DNA of 64,000 bases, taken from positions 5,479 to 69,478 of the IMG/VR virus record IMGVR_UViG_3300034993_000085. The stretch is one strand, 5' to 3'. Shown in pieces: positions 61,701 through 64,000 of this stretch. The stretch comes from a virus. Taxonomy: Duplodnaviria > Caudoviricetes. The notes below the pieces were generated by a model. The model was not told the DNA's origin and made no database searches. It was given only the letters and a program-made list of their open reading frames with translations. Each line of letters begins with the position of its first letter. The first letter of the stretch is position 1. Made by a program: the position numbers and the translations under genes.

Positions 61701-64000
61701 CGCGTGCAATGTCACCCACATCGGCATCTTCTTCCTCCGCTGCGCCGAGCCCACCTTGCACGGCGCCCTGCACTCCGGACGTGGCGAAGCGCGCTGTCCG
61801 CGCCAGGTTCGTGCCTGCATCACCTGGGAGGAAGCCGCCCGGGGTTCCCGCTGTCGCATTCGTTATCTTATCCAGCGCCTTTGGGAAAATAGCGAGAGCC
61901 GTGTGCTCTATGTCTTTGCCCGCTGCATCCTGCATAGGCATACGCTGCCCGCCTTTATAGCGGATACCGTCATACCCAGCATCTTGCAACAGTTGATTAA
62001 CAGTGTTATTGACGCCTTCCGGCATCCACCCCCCGGTTGGAAGATTTCCTTCATCTGCTAATACTTGGCGAAGCGTCCCGTACACCCCTTCTCCGGTATC
62101 TCTAGGCACACGCGCCATCTCATACTCGAACCGATCGAGCTTCCCATCGTCGGGGATGACTTGCCGAAGTCGCTCTATCAACTCAGGGGGCGCCGGAGCA
62201 TCCGCATCAAGAAGGTTCAAATCGCGCGGCACATTTATAGGGCGTACGTTTGGGCCAGCATCACTGGGCGGCTTCATCCCTATAGATTGTCGAAACTCGC
62301 CCAAATTCCCTAGCTGCTCTTCCGCGTTCTGAAGTCGTTGCTGCATATGCGCTACGACATCTGGCTCATCGGCTCGTTCTACGAGTGTTCGCTGCGCGTA
62401 ATCTATGTCACCAAGCAGCGAACGAACCTCTGGGTCCATCGCTTGTTCGGCATATCCGCGCTGCCCCCGCCCCGCGAGCCCTAGGTTCCCGCTTCCGGCA
62501 ACGCGAGGATCATCCGTCATGTACGCCACGTTCGACCCGAACAGCCCTTCCGCTTTTCCCTTTTCCGGATCAAGGCGCGTGAAGTCTGCTCCGGTACCGT
62601 GGTAGAAGCGGTCAGCTTCAGGGGCCGCATCCGCCACGACGCCCGTGCGGGTATTGTCCAGAGGATCGACTGATGAATCCGCGAGCTTGCCCAGTCCCTT
62701 GAGTCCGTAGCGCCCAGCGAGCCCGAGCCCAGCCGTGCTGAGCATGGCTGTCGCTGGACTCGCTGGATTCTCAAGCGCCTGTCCGGCTACCCCGAGCCAC
62801 TGGGCAACTTCAAGCGCGCGACCCGGCCCGTTCGCGAAGTTCGCCGCCAGGTCGGTTGGGAGGTATCGAGCCTCATCAGCAATCCCGAGCGCATCGCCCA
62901 CCCCTTTGAGACCCGGAATCTCGACATCGCGGAGAAGATTTCCGGCAATGGTTGCTTCTGCGCCAGGCAAGTCCCCCACTTTTCCGGATGCCAAAGGGTT
63001 AGCCTTTGCAAGAGGATTCGTCTCCCTCTCTCCTGCCGCAGCAATAAGGGGAGATGAAAGACCCTCGGGTACCGCATCAGAAGCCACCTGGAGCGTCTTT
63101 CCGATGGCGATGCGGGTAAGGTCGGCCCTTTTTTGAGGGTCAAGCGCAGCCTGGGCCGCAGCCCACGCTTCACCGAGACCAAGCTCTTGTGATTTCTTTG
63201 CAACTTTTCCTGCCGTAATATTCACAGGCTCCCAGAAGTCAGCGCTCGCCTGATCCATCGGGCGATCTTGTGGGGCATCCATCTCTTGATTGAACGTGTT
63301 CTGAAAATTACGCAGCCCCGGTTGCGGGTCCTGCGTAACATCAGCGCCAACCGGCATAGGCTCAGCGGGGGCTACCGGATTAGTCTCAGTAGGCACCGGC
63401 TCAGGAGGTGTAACGTAACTGGAGTTACGTTCTCCTCCCAACATTTCCCGGAGTTGCCGGGAATAATCGTTGAAATTCTGCCCTTGCACCGGCTCAGGCG
63501 CCTCAAACATCGGAGGCGGCATCTCTTGGGGCTTCGCCTGAGATTCTTTGAACATGATGCTCTGTGTCGGAAGATCGGGCGCCCCGCGATACAGCAAGTC
63601 TCGGGTTCCTGGGACGGCGCCATCTTCAGGCACCTGTCCCCGGTACATCTGGTCCCCCATCTGAGGGTCAGGCTGTGTATCGGGGAACGGGGTTCCTGGT
63701 ACAAGGTCCGGCCTGCTGGGGTCGAGCGGCGTTGGCTCGGGTGGCGCCAACCGCTGCATGAGTTCCGCTTGCTCTTGCCGGAGCATGAGATACTGTTGCT
63801 CCTGCTGAAGCCGTTGCATCTCTTCTTCGCGGCGCTTCTCTTGCTCAGTAGCATCTTCCTGAAGCTGCTGCTCGTAGGTCGAGAGCATCGGGTTGTCTTG
63901 CGGACTTACCGCCGGGAACATCTCCCCGAACGGGCTGGTCTTGACGCGGAACTCCAGAGCGTCCATGAGACCGTTGGTCTTTTCATGAAACTGATCCTGG
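58702..64000 (-). CDS. Large polyvalent internal virion protein with ART-like and LPD38-like domains; N-terminus beyond the right edge
   Basis: Frame stays open upstream of ATG 63966 to base 64000; RFYHGT...AYMT...GYDGIRY (ART-PolyVal-like); DFSKGG..TK.LNQFIPFFN..FQ and YEDIPDYIK (LPD38-like). Confidence 0.75.
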   Translation of the reverse strand, partial: QDQFHEKTNGLMDALEFRVKTSPFGEMFPAVSPQDNPMLSTYEQQLQEDATEQEKRREEEMQRLQQEQQYLMLRQEQAELMQRLAPPEPTPLDPSRPDLVPGTPFPDTQPDPQMGDQMYRGQVPEDGAVPGTRDLLYRGAPDLPTQSIMFKESQAKPQEMPPPMFEAPEPVQGQNFNDYSRQLREMLGGERNSSYVTPPEPVPTETNPVAPAEPMPVGADVTQDPQPGLRNFQNTFNQEMDAPQDRPMDQASADFWEPVNITAGKVAKKSQELGLGEAWAAAQAALDPQKRADLTRIAIGKTLQVASDAVPEGLSSPLIAAAGERETNPLAKANPLASGKVGDLPGAEATIAGNLLRDVEIPGLKGVGDALGIADEARYLPTDLAANFANGPGRALEVAQWLGVAGQALENPASPATAMLSTAGLGLAGRYGLKGLGKLADSSVDPLDNTRTGVVADAAPEADRFYHGTGADFTRLDPEKGKAEGLFGSNVAYMTDDPRVAGSGNLGLAGRGQRGYAEQAMDPEVRSLLGDIDYAQRTLVERADEPDVVAHMQQRLQNAEEQLGNLGEFRQSIGMKPPSDAGPNVRPINVPRDLNLLDADAPAPPELIERLRQVIPDDGKLDRFEYEMARVPRDTGEGVYGTLRQVLADEGNLPTGGWMPEGVNNTVNQLLQDAGYDGIRYKGGQRMPMQDAAGKDIEHTALAIFPKALDKITNATAGTPGGFLPGDAGTNLARTARFATSGVQGAVQGGLGAAEEEDADVGDIARGAALGAARGLGGRAIRGTGAEGAWASNIAKAEWNLSFDNLYKDQPRTRVEDMPENIQGKAWAKLNQARDYLSERFFDNRTYVNKLQGEARRYLGRDLTYDEMLSEHSRRNTSQAAQVAIDQMLRPAVNRVGPYIDQFKNAMTYRDNIAVSNAKARQVYANEAARQTPGVQAAEREVRRLEKMQNSPNAPMDLHVKLDEARTRLDEELEIREGEAWQTGGMAGEGRSFSGDVDVRESQARLAEIEEKVGPEVWKTINEAMDETQAFVNEYRQRMYDHGIINKKTLDSLQQFDFYIPTRILDHINDESKVAVGGSVSLRDTGIHEASIKGTTKEREDPINSLMRLAFDSEARIAKNDAFNAFHALNAETPVFSAKSVSGTEAKAKMTSEGTRSKIVTGFVDGKKVAYEVNDPWTAKALNFEKDPISNRIDAQVMRKLSTLTRELITRNPAFIAKQLLLDVSGAVVRETSWEGGPQNTGRVVKALMQAYFDPDLWRGLDSGQYKGDYARFLREGGGMAGFQDMTQEALLKKQGDLQRSDPFDKFEVNNKEDWVRVLKWLGKGEAFQNVSTRLDLAPRVAAARLAEERLMKQGVDPNSAKLRGMIAGRESTMDFSKGGSLTKTLNQFIPFFNIGFQAAATPIRALRENPVAFPATMITTIGVPVMAAEVWNRSDPQRARDYEDIPDYIKARNLVVMMPEVPGTDIGKAGVDEFGGRRPKYVTFPLREFGVFGVLARAAAKKAIESTGGDVRDPDEWNKIGKDLLSIGSPITANNPTDLTTAFSPVGLSTALQMSNNKDAFRGRQIATERNDMEASNISKGISNFVFDKFGLEWRPSQVEFVVRDMGGHTGAAVLAGGDALTRRVPKDEGAPSTPVVGGVVKGFYGNATGQRLNDAREHQLSGNTVKTLRQFGLRSDQIAPVPATLQNIQLSRAEQTAWQSAFNSEFETELAAMQQSSLWIEPDADHAELIRKAAATARARTGKNILNDMSSIERQERQVKGVR

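Noticed and set aside
282-63854. Many long antisense or off-frame ORFs in the ORF track (e.g. 740-1501, 5400-6137, 37305-38174, 58259-59020, 61123-62061)
   Set aside because: They shadow well-supported genes on the opposite strand of GC-rich DNA and lack RBSs or motifs.
1-64000. Prophage or temperate lifestyle call
   Set aside because: No integrase, att site, partition genes or host flanks are visible. The genome continues beyond both edges, so lifestyle cannot be decided.

Overview
The window holds most of the genome of a GC-rich tailed dsDNA phage, probably a podovirus (no tape-measure gene; portal, adaptor/nozzle, tail fibre and large internal proteins present). Packaging and morphogenesis genes are on the minus strand at both ends: terS, terL and portal at 1-6.3 kb; lysin, tail, capsid, scaffold and a >1765-aa ART/LPD38 polyvalent protein at 39.6-64 kb. 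Both edge ORFs run off the window. A leftward operon of small genes (6.4-12.8 kb) and a rightward early/replication arm (14.2-39.7 kb: AAA+/VWA pair, Ro60/TROVE, DUF932, SNF2 helicase, HNH, primase-helicase, resolvase, family A polymerase) diverge from a 1.35-kb non-coding region. I found no integrase, cas gene, rRNA or canonical tRNA. The host cannot be determined; the lysis genes suggest a monoderm such as Actinomycetota or Chloroflexota (inference). The standout is an RNA-based regulatory layer. (1) Nine circularly permuted (P5-type) twister self-cleaving ribozymes, recognised by eye from the catalytic core and from covariation in both pseudoknots, sit between the early genes at 14.7-19.7 kb. 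They should cut the operon into eight internal mRNA units with 5'-OH and 2',3'-cyclic-phosphate ends, which are RtcB-type ligation substrates. (2) Eleven of these genes share the translation-initiation sequence GGAGTATTGACYATG, and a separately promoted ~95-nt sRNA at 8.7-8.8 kb displays its exact 13-nt antisense in a hairpin loop. (3) A Ro60 (rsr) gene is preceded by a cluster of Y RNAs and tRNA mimics, including an apparently permuted YrlA-like RNA. (4) A second stand-alone ~210-nt sRNA in the late region displays an anti-Shine-Dalgarno loop. All structures were folded by hand; no covariance-model or homology search was run.
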